From contig CAISLM010000014.1 in NCBI GenBank assembly GCA_903886255.1, positions 13,562-77,561 on the forward strand: a DNA stretch of 64,000 nt. Direction: 5' to 3'. Source of the stretch: Candidatus Collierbacteria bacterium (GTDB lineage: Bacteria > Patescibacteriota > Microgenomatia > UBA1400 > MFAQ01). The notes beneath the pieces are model-generated. The model ran no database searches. It was not told the origin of the DNA and was given only the letters and a program-made list of their open reading frames with translations. Made by a program: the position numbers and the translations under genes. Below, one piece after another: positions 1 through 9,265 of the stretch. Within the stretch, counting starts at the first letter, position 1, and each line of letters begins with the position of its first letter.

Positions 1-1
1 A

Positions 2-448
2 AATGAACTTATCGAAAAGCTTAGAGGGGAACTACCCCTACTACCCGATCAGTTAATCTCGGATTTAATTGGTAGAGGTATCGATGTGAAATACGCCAAA
101 ATCATAGTTGGAAACGAAGAAGCCTTATCTATCTTAAATAATTATAAAGACGATAGCGACATCGAGCCAAATAAGCTCGCCAGTTTATTAGCCAACAAAA
201 AAATAGACACAAAGGGGGATATAAAAGGGGAGTATCAAAAGGCTACAAAAGTTGGAAATACAAATATAGAAGAATTAAAATCGGTTGTCGAAAAAATCAT
301 CTCGTCAAACCCCAATGTCGTCGCCGAATTTAAAAAAGGTAAAACCGGTGTTGCCGGATTCTTTGTGGGTCAGGCGATGAAAGAAACTAAAGGCCAAGCC
401 GATCCCAAGACACTCAATAAAATAGTCATAGAACTGCTGAACAGTTAA
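2..448 (+). CDS. gatB: Asp/Glu-tRNA(Asn/Gln) amidotransferase subunit B, C-terminal part (5' end outside window)
   Basis: Frame open from base 2 with no upstream stop. The translation (...NELIEKLRGELPLLPDQLISDLIGRGIDVKYAKIIV...FFVGQAMKETKGQADPKTLNKIV) matches the GatB/YqeY C-terminal domain. Confidence 0.7.
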   Translation, partial: NELIEKLRGELPLLPDQLISDLIGRGIDVKYAKIIVGNEEALSILNNYKDDSDIEPNKLASLLANKKIDTKGDIKGEYQKATKVGNTNIEELKSVVEKIISSNPNVVAEFKKGKTGVAGFFVGQAMKETKGQADPKTLNKIVIELLNS

Positions 449-1314
449 GATTTAAAACATATCGCCCCTTCCTTAATCCAGCTATAAGCGACAGTTCCGT
501 CTTGGAAAACAACCAGCTGGCGGACAAAATCTTTCTTGGGGTCATGCTTCGTCACATAGTCTGTTATCCTCACCAAAGTACCATTGTAATCATAAACACC
601 ACCACCCCAAACATGACCATGACAGAGAATTGCATTATTTTTTAACCAAAGTCTGATTCTAAATAGATTCCAACGAGAAGGCGTACTCTCGTTTCTACTA
701 TTGTCAGGATTTCCGATTGGCCATGAAGAAATATTTTCACAACCACAACTCTTCAATTTTTCAATAATATTCAAATACGATTCCGGAGTGTCAATTCCTC
801 CTTTTCTCAGGAGTACAGTGGCTCTACATTGCAAACCATGTTTCCGGATATTCTTAAATATTTCCTCATATTTTGGATATTTGGGAATTCCATATACGGA
901 AGCCTGATCCTTCTCCGAAATTTCATGTATAGATACGGCTATAGCTGTTAGCCCCAGATTCTTCCAAACTGGTAAATATTTATCGCAGAACTTCTCGTTT
1001 CCCAATAATATTCCATTCGTAAATAGATTTACATTGGTGAAATATGCTCCTTCTTTTGCAACGTCTTGGTAATCCTTCAAGGCGTTTGCAACCGCTATGG
1101 GCGAACAAGTTGGTTCACCACTACTTGTTAGTGATAGTGACCATCCACCATATCTTGCGGACAATCTGAGGGCGCTTTTGAAAGTACTCGGCATTAGATT
1201 GTCTGTAGGCGCTACCTTTTTTAACTCCTTCGCCGCACAGAAAGCACAATTTCCATTACATACATTACTACCGAGTAAGGCGCTAACACTGTAAATCTTT
1301 TCTATACAGGCCAT
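445..1314 (-). CDS. radical SAM domain protein (NrdG/QueE-like core, subtype unknown)
   Basis: N-terminal CNGNCAFC (CX3CX2C) radical-SAM cluster motif and a downstream SGEPT glycine-rich SAM motif. 289 aa. Divergent from nrdR. Confidence 0.7.
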   Translation of the reverse strand: MACIEKIYSVSALLGSNVCNGNCAFCAAKELKKVAPTDNLMPSTFKSALRLSARYGGWSLSLTSSGEPTCSPIAVANALKDYQDVAKEGAYFTNVNLFTNGILLGNEKFCDKYLPVWKNLGLTAIAVSIHEISEKDQASVYGIPKYPKYEEIFKNIRKHGLQCRATVLLRKGGIDTPESYLNIIEKLKSCGCENISSWPIGNPDNSRNESTPSRWNLFRIRLWLKNNAILCHGHVWGGGVYDYNGTLVRITDYVTKHDPKKDFVRQLVVFQDGTVAYSWIKEGAICFKS

Positions 1315-1446
1315 TTGTATATTAATTGATAACTAATAAATCTTAAAAACCCCTCGACAGAATTGGTACGACATCATCCATGTATAAAATTATAAAAAAT
1401 TAATAAAAACATCAATATCTTGACATTTATTTGTATAATCTTAAAT

Positions 1447-1899
1447 ATGAAATGTCCATTTTGTGATAGCGATCAATTGATCGTCACCAATTCCAGACCT
1501 ACGAATAATGAAATGGAAATTTGGCGGAGAAGAAAATGTCTTCATTGTGGTGGCTTGTTAACTACCCACGAGAAAATTGATCTATCTTTCATAACAGTGA
1601 TAAAAAGATCAGGCAAAAGAGTTAAATACAATCGTGCCAAATTATATTCAAGTATTTATCACGTTGTTTCCGCAACAAAGAAAATCGATAGGGGAACTGC
1701 CGGCGATATTTCAGAAAAACTAATGGAAAAGGCTGAAAAGGAAATAATAAACCTTAAAATAAGAGAATTAAGCTCAGAAACAATTTTTTTAATTGTCTCT
1801 GAAATACTCAAGAGTTCATATCCGGACAGCTTCTTGAGGTACGTCGCCTATTTTTCGAAATCAATCATCCCGAAAGATTTACTCCTCAGTGGGTTCTAG
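1447..1899 (+). CDS. nrdR: transcriptional repressor NrdR (zinc ribbon + ATP-cone)
   Basis: MKCPFCDS...CLHCGG zinc ribbon followed by an ATP-cone-like region. The ORF track begins at a TTG at 1420; the ATG at 1447 gives the canonical NrdR N-terminus. Confidence 0.85.
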   Translation: MKCPFCDSDQLIVTNSRPTNNEMEIWRRRKCLHCGGLLTTHEKIDLSFITVIKRSGKRVKYNRAKLYSSIYHVVSATKKIDRGTAGDISEKLMEKAEKEIINLKIRELSSETIFLIVSEILKSSYPDSFLRYVAYFSKSIIPKDLLLSGF

Positions 1900-2523
1900 A
1901 GAAAACTTTACACCCATGTCGTCCAACTCCTGAGATAATTTGTCGTTTTTTTCCTCAGTTGATAGCAGATGTATGTGCGCATCCGACAGGTGAACTGATT
2001 TTTGAAGTACTCTCGCGTGCAGTTGGCCGAAAAGTTCAACTACCCTTTTCATATCTTTTTTGTCGAGAGTCATCATGTAAGTATTGCCCTTTGTCCCAAA
2101 TTTATATTGCAAAGCCGCCATAGGATTAAGCATCAAAACCAAGAAAACTGTTGTTGCCGCAGGAATGTAAAAACCTGAACCAATCGCCACGCCTATTGCC
2201 GCAGTAGTCCAAATAGTAGCAGCGGTAGTCACTCCTGAAAGTCTATTTCCGTTTTTAAGAATAACTCCGGCACCCAAGAAACCGACTCCGGATACAATCT
2301 GCGCCATGATTCTTGTAGGGTCTTGCCCCAAAACACCCAAACTGTTGGCGACATAAATAGAAAGTCCTGCAAACAGCGCCGAGCCAACACAGACCAGCAT
2401 TTGGGTTCTAAGGCCGGCCACCTTTCCGCTTCTTTCTCTATCGTAACCAATAAGTATTCCTGCAAAAAAAGCTATTAGTAAACGGAAAGCTATCGTCATT
2501 TGGATAGAATAATCAATTACCAT
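1879..2523 (-). CDS. MgtC/SapB family membrane protein
   Basis: GLRTQMLVCVGSALF...SGVTTAATIWTTAAIGVAIGSG matches MgtC family signatures. Hydrophobic N-terminal half. Confidence 0.8.
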   Translation of the reverse strand: MVIDYSIQMTIAFRLLIAFFAGILIGYDRERSGKVAGLRTQMLVCVGSALFAGLSIYVANSLGVLGQDPTRIMAQIVSGVGFLGAGVILKNGNRLSGVTTAATIWTTAAIGVAIGSGFYIPAATTVFLVLMLNPMAALQYKFGTKGNTYMMTLDKKDMKRVVELFGQLHARVLQKSVHLSDAHIHLLSTEEKNDKLSQELDDMGVKFSLEPTEE

Positions 2524-2592
2524 AACAAAAGTTTACACTACTTGATAATTCGACTCAAACAATTGAAGATATGTAAGTAGTAACATAAATCA

Positions 2593-5500
2593 ATGCCAAA
2601 GTTTACCCACCTTCATGTCCATACGGAATTTTCACTTTTGGACGGTCTTTCCAAGATCGGTAAGCTTGTTGCCAAAACAAAAGAATTTGGTCAAACACAT
2701 TTGGCAATTACAGATCACGGCACAATGTATGGTGCGATAGAATTTTATAAAAAAGCTACAAAAGAGGGTATTGTACCCATCATAGGTTGCGAAGTATATC
2801 TGGCTAAAAAATCACGTTTCGATAAAGAAAAACAAGATGCCAATCACTTGATTCTTTTATCCGAAAACTTTGAGGGTTACCAAAACCTAATGAAAATTGT
2901 AACTACCGGTTTCATGGAGGGTTTCTATTACAAGCCAAGAATCGACAAAGAAACTCTTGAGAAATATTCGAAAGGAATAATTTGTGCAACAGCATGTCCG
3001 GCGGGAAGAGTCCAGAAACTTTTAATCGAAGACAATTACGAAGCCGCCAAAACAGAGCTTCAGGAATATGAACGAATTTTTGGTCCCGACAACGTTTTTG
3101 TAGAACTTCAACGGCACCATTACGACCGATACGCACAGCTGCCTTCGGTTCCGCCGGAAATAAAACCAAAACTTCTGGAAATGTATGATAACCAGATCAA
3201 GGGAGAAAAAGGACTTATTAAGTTGAGTCGAGAGCTGGGAATTCCCCTAATCGCCACCAACGACTCACACTATATTAACCAAGACGATGCGGCTGCCCAA
3301 GATGCTCTTGTCTGCGTCCAGTCGGGTAAAATGCTTTCCGACACAAATCGAATTCGATATATCGATACTCCGGATTTTTACTTAAAATCACCTGAGGAAA
3401 TGGCTGTCGAATTTGAAGATCTTCCTGAGGCTATCGAAAACACTCAAAAATTAGCTGATCGTTGTAAGGTTGAAATCGTAATTGGTCAATGGTATTTTCC
3501 CAAAATTAAAATCCCTGCAGGAAAAACTGCCGGAGAAACCCTAAGAGACATGGCTTATGGTGGTGCCAAAGAAAGGTTCCCCGAAATTACCGAAGATATT
3601 TCCAAACGTTTGGAATACGAGCTGGAAATAATTGAGAAGAAAGGATACTCACCTTACTTTTTACTTGAGTCCGGCATTGTTAATTATGCCGATGAAGTCG
3701 GTATCTACACAAATACTAGAGGTTCTGCGGCCGGCTCTCTAGTTTCTTATTGTTGTGGAATTACGACAGTCGATCCGCTTCGATTTAGACTTCCATTTGA
3801 GCGTTTTCTGAATCCTTTCCGTCCATCTCCTCCCGACATTGACCTTGATGTTGCTGATATCCATCGTGACGATCTCATCAGGTATCTCGCTAATACTTAC
3901 GGAAAAGAAAAAGTCGGTCAGATCTGTACCTTTGGGACAATGAAAGCTAGGGCTGCAGTTCGCGATATCGGTCGAGTCATGGGAATGCCATACTCAAAAG
4001 TAGATTTGATAAGCAAGACAATCCCTGAAGGTAGTCAAGGTTTCCCCATGACGCTAAAAAAAGCCCTAGAGACTACTCCGGAATTGAAAAAAATGAAAGA
4101 CAGCGACCCCGAAGTTAGCAAGCTTTTGGAAATGGCTCAGAAGGTGGAAAGCAATGCTCGCCATATTTCTGTTCATGCCGCTGCCGTTATCGTCGGCCCG
4201 GATGATTTAGTAAAATTTACTCCTTTGCAAAAAGAAACCGGTGGAGGTGAACGCATCATCACTCAATACGAAATGCATGCTTGTGAAGATGTAGGTTTAA
4301 TAAAGCTTGATATCTTAGGCATTTCCAATCTTACGATTCTCGCTAATGCCGTAAAAATTGTTGAAGCCATTCATAATGTCAAAATTCTGATTAAAAAGTT
4401 ACCCCTAGATGATAAAGAAACTTATGAAATGTTAGCTAGAGGTGAGACATTTGGTGTTTTTCAGATGGCCGGCGGGGGAATGACAAAATACCTAATGGAT
4501 CTTCACCCGGAAAGAATTGAAGATCTTATGGCCATGGTAGCATTGTATCGTCCCGGCCCCATGGGATCTATTCCGGAGTATATCGCTAGAAAAAGGGATC
4601 CAAAGTTAATTAAATACTTTGTTCCCGGTTTGGAAAATATTCTTGACATGTCATATGGAATCATCACTTATCAGGATGACGTTTTATTCATGGCAATTCA
4701 GCTCGCCGGATACAACTGGGAAGAAGCCGACAAATTTAGAAAAGCCATTGGTAAAAAGATTCCTGAGGAGATGGAGAAGCAACACTCAAAATTTGTTGAT
4801 GGTTGTGTTGAATTTAGTCATATCCCCCGTGACAAAGCTGAGGAATTGTTCAAACAAATAGAAACATTTGCAGCTTATGGATTCAACAAGGCTCACGCTG
4901 CTTCTTACGGAGTTGTTTCTTACTGGACTGCTTACGTGAAAGCTCATTATCCGGTTGAATATATGACCGCGCTAATGTCCGTTGAGGCAGCCGACACGGA
5001 CAAGGTAGTTACTGCGATAGGAGAATGTGAAAATCTTGGAATAAGAGTTCTTTCGCCGGACATAAACGAGTCCAGAACAGACTTTACGGTTATCGACCTG
5101 CCTGAAGATCAATGGTTGCCTGAAGGAAGAGCCAGGGATACAGGAAGAGCTATTCGTTTTGGTCTTTCAGCAATCAAAAATGTCGGCGAATCGGCAATCA
5201 CCGCGATTTTGTCGGCGAGAGACAAAGGCGATTTTAAATCTTTTACAGACTTCCTACGTCGTGTCGATCTATCAAAGGTGAATAAAAAAGTTGTCGAATC
5301 TCTTATCAAAGCGGGAGCTTTGGATCGTTGGGGAAACCGGGCACAACTTTTAGCTGCACTACCGATTATTCGCGACAATACAGTCAAGCTGCAAAAAGGC
5401 AAAGATGCCAGCCAGGTTAGTTTATTTGCTAATGTTGCCCACACTGAGGATACAACCGACAATCTGCCTGATATTCCCGAAATGCCGCTTGATGAAAAGT

Positions 5501-6096
5501 TAAAGCTCGAGAAACAATTGCTTGGATTTTATTTAACTGATCATCCTGTTAAAAAAATCGTTCGAATTGTCGCCAATCAAATTAGCCACAAAATTAATCA
5601 GCTTGATCCAACGCTTCATCTAAACCAAACTGTCACCCTTGCCGGAGTTATTTCGAGGGTACGATTGGTGAATACTAAAAAAAATAACTCAAAAATGGCT
5701 TTTATCACCCTTGAAGACGACACAAAAAGCATTGACTGCGTAGTTTTCCCAAAACTTTATGCCGAAAACCCCCTCTATTACGTTGAAGATAATGCTGTCC
5801 TGCTTAAGGGAAAAGTCGACAACCGAGACGACAAACTACAAATTGTTGTTGATTCTGTGTCGCCCATAGACACAAAACTGACACCGCAAGACATGATTCA
5901 CGAGATTTTCGTCAAAAATGGCACTCCCAAGGATCGCCTGGAAAGGGTCAGTGAGCTTTTAAAGACTCACAAAGGCGACCATGAAATCATTATTGCCATT
6001 GAGTCCGGAAATAATTTGAAGAAAATTGTTCTACCCTATAAGGTTGACTACACTCCTGAACTTGAGAAAGAAGTGGAAAAAACCCTTCAAGGCTGA
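2593..6096 (+). CDS. dnaE: DNA polymerase III subunit alpha
   Basis: 1167 aa. N-terminal PHP domain (HLHVHTEFSLLDG...ITDHG), polymerase core, and OB-fold region near the C-terminus. Confidence 0.95.
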   Translation: MPKFTHLHVHTEFSLLDGLSKIGKLVAKTKEFGQTHLAITDHGTMYGAIEFYKKATKEGIVPIIGCEVYLAKKSRFDKEKQDANHLILLSENFEGYQNLMKIVTTGFMEGFYYKPRIDKETLEKYSKGIICATACPAGRVQKLLIEDNYEAAKTELQEYERIFGPDNVFVELQRHHYDRYAQLPSVPPEIKPKLLEMYDNQIKGEKGLIKLSRELGIPLIATNDSHYINQDDAAAQDALVCVQSGKMLSDTNRIRYIDTPDFYLKSPEEMAVEFEDLPEAIENTQKLADRCKVEIVIGQWYFPKIKIPAGKTAGETLRDMAYGGAKERFPEITEDISKRLEYELEIIEKKGYSPYFLLESGIVNYADEVGIYTNTRGSAAGSLVSYCCGITTVDPLRFRLPFERFLNPFRPSPPDIDLDVADIHRDDLIRYLANTYGKEKVGQICTFGTMKARAAVRDIGRVMGMPYSKVDLISKTIPEGSQGFPMTLKKALETTPELKKMKDSDPEVSKLLEMAQKVESNARHISVHAAAVIVGPDDLVKFTPLQKETGGGERIITQYEMHACEDVGLIKLDILGISNLTILANAVKIVEAIHNVKILIKKLPLDDKETYEMLARGETFGVFQMAGGGMTKYLMDLHPERIEDLMAMVALYRPGPMGSIPEYIARKRDPKLIKYFVPGLENILDMSYGIITYQDDVLFMAIQLAGYNWEEADKFRKAIGKKIPEEMEKQHSKFVDGCVEFSHIPRDKAEELFKQIETFAAYGFNKAHAASYGVVSYWTAYVKAHYPVEYMTALMSVEAADTDKVVTAIGECENLGIRVLSPDINESRTDFTVIDLPEDQWLPEGRARDTGRAIRFGLSAIKNVGESAITAILSARDKGDFKSFTDFLRRVDLSKVNKKVVESLIKAGALDRWGNRAQLLAALPIIRDNTVKLQKGKDASQVSLFANVAHTEDTTDNLPDIPEMPLDEKLKLEKQLLGFYLTDHPVKKIVRIVANQISHKINQLDPTLHLNQTVTLAGVISRVRLVNTKKNNSKMAFITLEDDTKSIDCVVFPKLYAENPLYYVEDNAVLLKGKVDNRDDKLQIVVDSVSPIDTKLTPQDMIHEIFVKNGTPKDRLERVSELLKTHKGDHEIIIAIESGNNLKKIVLPYKVDYTPELEKEVEKTLQG

Positions 6097-6130
6097 TAAA
6101 ATAGCTAGTCGCAATAATTAAACCAAAAAA

Positions 6131-6652
6131 ATGGCAAATCAAATCAAATGGCAGGATAAAATTGAGTTCGGTGTCGGAGACACAATAAAGGTGTCACAGA
6201 CCATTAAAGAAGGTGATAAAACTCGTACCCAGGCTTTCCAGGGTATCGTTATAGCTATCCGTGGCGATGGTCAAGGTAAAAACTTCATCGTGCGCAAAAT
6301 CGCTGTTGGCGGCGTCGGAGTCGAAAAAATCTACCCTATAAATACTCCCACAGTTACCGGAATTGAAATCATCAAAAAAGGCAAAGTCAGACGTGCCAAA
6401 CTTTATTACCTCAGAAACCTTCTTGGCAAAAAAGCTACAAAAATTAAAGACGTTTTTGTTCGCAAGGGCCAATCCGCTTCAGTTGAAGTTCCTGTCGAAA
6501 CTCCCAAAATTGAAACAGAAACCAAAGAAGAGAAACAAAGACCTGAACCTGTCAAGGTAAAAAACGCTCCTAAGGTGGAAGTCGTCAAAGAAAAGAAGGT
6601 CAAAAAAGGACCAAAAAAAATCGTCCGTAAAGAACGACAATTTACCCGCTAA
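6131..6652 (+). CDS. rplS: 50S ribosomal protein L19 with ~75-aa Lys/Glu-rich C-terminal extension
   Basis: Core GDTIKV...QAFQGIVIAIRG...FIVRKIAVGGVGVEKIYPINTP...RRAKLYYLR is L19. The tail is K/E/V-rich low complexity. Confidence 0.85.
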   Translation: MANQIKWQDKIEFGVGDTIKVSQTIKEGDKTRTQAFQGIVIAIRGDGQGKNFIVRKIAVGGVGVEKIYPINTPTVTGIEIIKKGKVRRAKLYYLRNLLGKKATKIKDVFVRKGQSASVEVPVETPKIETETKEEKQRPEPVKVKNAPKVEVVKEKKVKKGPKKIVRKERQFTR

Positions 6653-6681
6653 AAATAAAACCCCGGGAGTTACCCGGGGAA
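6650..6681. terminator. hairpin terminator between convergent rplS and pyrH
   Basis: CCCCGGGagttaCCCGGGG perfect 7-bp GC stem. On the minus strand it is followed by TTTTATTTTT, so it serves pyrH strongly and rplS weakly. Confidence 0.6.
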
Positions 6682-6687
6682 GAGATT

Positions 6688-7410
6688 TTAGCTTACTAGC
6701 GTTCCAATATTTTCGCCATTTAGAATTCGTTCAATGTTGTTCAAGTCCTCAACGTTGAAGACAATAATTGGAATTTTCTGATCCTTACAGACGGCAAACG
6801 CTGTGCTATCCATAACCATTAGTCCCTGAACCAGAGCTTCTTGAAAAGTTAGGGTAGAAAACATTTTTGCGTCTTTGTCGACTTTAGGATCGGCAGAATA
6901 AACTCCATCGACGCCACTACCCTTTAAAAGTATTTCACAATCCAATTCCGCTGCAAGCAACGCCGCGGTTGTGTCTGTTGTAAAAAATGGTCGGCCGGTA
7001 CCGCCTACCAGTATTACGACTCGGCCCACATCCAAGTGATGCATAGCCTTTAGCCTGATATATGGTTCGCAGGCCTGATCCAGACGAAGTGACGACATTA
7101 CGCGGGATTCAACATTGAGAATATTTAGTTCTCCCTGCAAGGCCAATCCGTTCATGATAGTTCCCATCATTCCAATGAAATCTGCTTGAGCCCTATCAAA
7201 GTTATCACCGCGAATATTTCTTCCCCGAAACAAATTACCGCCACCAATAACTATGGCAAGATCGGTATCGTGCACTTTGCGTAAATGAGCCAAATACTCT
7301 GCAATCCTCTTAACTACTACGAAATCAATACCGGTTCTACCTTTTTCACAAAAAAGTTCCCCTGTAAGCTTCAATAGGACTCTCTTATAACGGGGCAAAG
7401 GAACCTCCAA
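6688..7410 (-). CDS. pyrH: UMP kinase
   Basis: YKRVLLKLTGE...IVIGGGNLFRG...VDGVYSADP are typical PyrH motifs. GGAGG SD sits upstream of the ATG. Confidence 0.9.
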   Translation of the reverse strand: MEVPLPRYKRVLLKLTGELFCEKGRTGIDFVVVKRIAEYLAHLRKVHDTDLAIVIGGGNLFRGRNIRGDNFDRAQADFIGMMGTIMNGLALQGELNILNVESRVMSSLRLDQACEPYIRLKAMHHLDVGRVVILVGGTGRPFFTTDTTAALLAAELDCEILLKGSGVDGVYSADPKVDKDAKMFSTLTFQEALVQGLMVMDSTAFAVCKDQKIPIIVFNVEDLNNIERILNGENIGTLVS

Positions 7411-7508
7411 TTAAGAATTTAATGTTCAAAACCTGAATATCTTAACACTCCCTCCCATAATTACTCTATATTCAGCAATTATTAAGCAAGAAAGTATAAT
7501 CTAAGAGC

Positions 7509-8183
7509 ATGAGAATACTAATAGTAGAAGACGAACATAGGATCGCGACCTCCATCAAGAAAGGTTTGGAGCTGGAAAAATACGCCGTTGATGTTGCTTT
7601 TGATGGTCGGGATGGTTTTGATTTAGCTTCGACAGAAGAATATGACTGCATAATCCTAGACTTAATGTTGCCGGGAATGGACGGGCTTGAAATTTGTAAA
7701 AAACTGAGAGAAAAACAGATTCATACTCCAATATTGATCTTAACAGCCAGGAGCCAGACCGAAAACAAAATCGAAGGGCTCGACTCGGGTGCAGACGATT
7801 ATCTGACCAAACCATTTTCGTTTGAAGAGCTCCTCGCCCGCCTCAGAGCGCTAATTAGAAGACCAAATGGAACACAAGGAACGGTTCTTAAAGTCGGCAA
7901 TCTCGAGCTGGATACAGTAAGTTATAACGTCAAGAGGGGAGAGAAGGCCATTCAACTTTCAAGCAAAGAATATGCATTACTTGAATACCTTATGCGCCAA
8001 TCGGGGAACATAGTTTCTAAGGACAAAATAGTCACTCATGTCTGGAACTACGATGATGATGTTCTTCCAAATACAGTCGAGGTTTACATTAGAAAACTAC
8101 GACAAAAAATTGATATTCCTTTTAAAAATGAAAAATCGCTAATTAATACAATTAGAGGGTTCGGTTATAAAATCGAAAGTTAA
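7509..8183 (+). CDS. OmpR-family two-component response regulator
   Basis: Receiver domain (MRILIVEDE...DLMLPGMDG) plus a winged-helix C-terminus (LTKPF...VYIRKLRQKI...GFGY). Confidence 0.85.
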   Translation: MRILIVEDEHRIATSIKKGLELEKYAVDVAFDGRDGFDLASTEEYDCIILDLMLPGMDGLEICKKLREKQIHTPILILTARSQTENKIEGLDSGADDYLTKPFSFEELLARLRALIRRPNGTQGTVLKVGNLELDTVSYNVKRGEKAIQLSSKEYALLEYLMRQSGNIVSKDKIVTHVWNYDDDVLPNTVEVYIRKLRQKIDIPFKNEKSLINTIRGFGYKIES

Positions 8184-9196
8184 TGTTTCAAAAAGCAAGA
8201 CTAAAACTCACGGCTTGGTATCTCCTTATTATTATGCTGGTTTGCTTTTGCCTAAGTGCCGTAATTTTTAGGATTCAAATGTCCGAAGTTGATAGATTTG
8301 CCAGAGCCCAAAGAGTTAGGATGGAAAGTCAATTTCCTCCCGGAATATTTGCTAATCAAGTTCCCGTCGCAGTTGATCCGGATCTTATCGCGGAAACGCA
8401 AATGCATTTATTGTTTAATTTATTGACACTAAACGGAATAATCATTGTTATTGCCGGCGGCCTAGGTTATCTCTTGGCGGGTAAGACACTTTATCCAATT
8501 AAAATAATGTTGGAAGACCAAAATCGTTTTATATCAGATTCCTCCCATGAGTTACGAACACCCTTAACATCGCTTAAGAGCTCCATGGAAGTCGCCATGA
8601 TGGACAAAAACCTAACACTTACCGAAGCCAAAAATCTTATTATTGAGAATCTAGATGATGTTAATAGACTACAAAAACTATCTGACTCGCTTATACAGCT
8701 AACGAAAGGTAAAAACAATTCGGCTCAGAATCTTGACCTGGAAGTGGCCTCAACAACATTCCTGGTTAAAACCTCTATTGATCAACTCAAAGCCCAAGCA
8801 AGTATCAAGAAAATAAAAATCAGATCGTTAATTAAAAATGCATCATTGAAAGTAGATAAAAACAAAATCGTAAATTTATTGGTTATCCTTTTGGATAATG
8901 CAATCAAATACAGTCCTGAAAAAAGTACTGTTGTAGTCAAATCATGGAAGACCAAACATTTTGTCTTCTTCTCAATTAAAGATCAGGGTGTCGGAATTGC
9001 GGAAAAAGATCTTCCCCATATATTTGATAGATTCTATCGGGCTGATGCCTCGCGTTCAAATGCAAATACCCCCGGTTACGGACTTGGTTTGTCAATTGCA
9101 AAACTAATTGTAAATGAACACAAAGGCTCCATTTCTGTGAAAAGTTTTACTAAAAATGGTACGATTTTCTTGGTTAAGCTCCCTTCAAAAAACTAA
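8183..9196 (+). CDS. sensor histidine kinase
   Basis: Two N-terminal TM segments, an H-box SHELRTPLTSL, and a HATPase G-box GYGLGLSIAK. The start overlaps the RR stop (TAATG). Confidence 0.8.
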   Translation: MFQKARLKLTAWYLLIIMLVCFCLSAVIFRIQMSEVDRFARAQRVRMESQFPPGIFANQVPVAVDPDLIAETQMHLLFNLLTLNGIIIVIAGGLGYLLAGKTLYPIKIMLEDQNRFISDSSHELRTPLTSLKSSMEVAMMDKNLTLTEAKNLIIENLDDVNRLQKLSDSLIQLTKGKNNSAQNLDLEVASTTFLVKTSIDQLKAQASIKKIKIRSLIKNASLKVDKNKIVNLLVILLDNAIKYSPEKSTVVVKSWKTKHFVFFSIKDQGVGIAEKDLPHIFDRFYRADASRSNANTPGYGLGLSIAKLIVNEHKGSISVKSFTKNGTIFLVKLPSKN

Positions 9197-9265
9197 CCGG
9201 TATAAACATTTCAGCTACATTTAAGTTTCATAAACTAAATTACCAGCGTAACTAATAAAAATATT

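Noticed and set aside
701-1294. Plus-strand ORFs 701..907 and 1097..1294 inside the radical-SAM gene
   Set aside because: They lie antisense to a well-supported CDS with clear radical-SAM motifs. Low-complexity translations with no motifs.
1315-1446. Putative sigma70 promoter TTGACA(1420-1425)/TATAAT(1434-1439) and NrdR box upstream of nrdR
   Set aside because: The -35/-10 spacer is only 8 nt, so not a canonical promoter pair. No convincing 16-bp NrdR palindrome could be identified by eye. Only the -10 box/leaderless possibility was retained as a low-interest finding.
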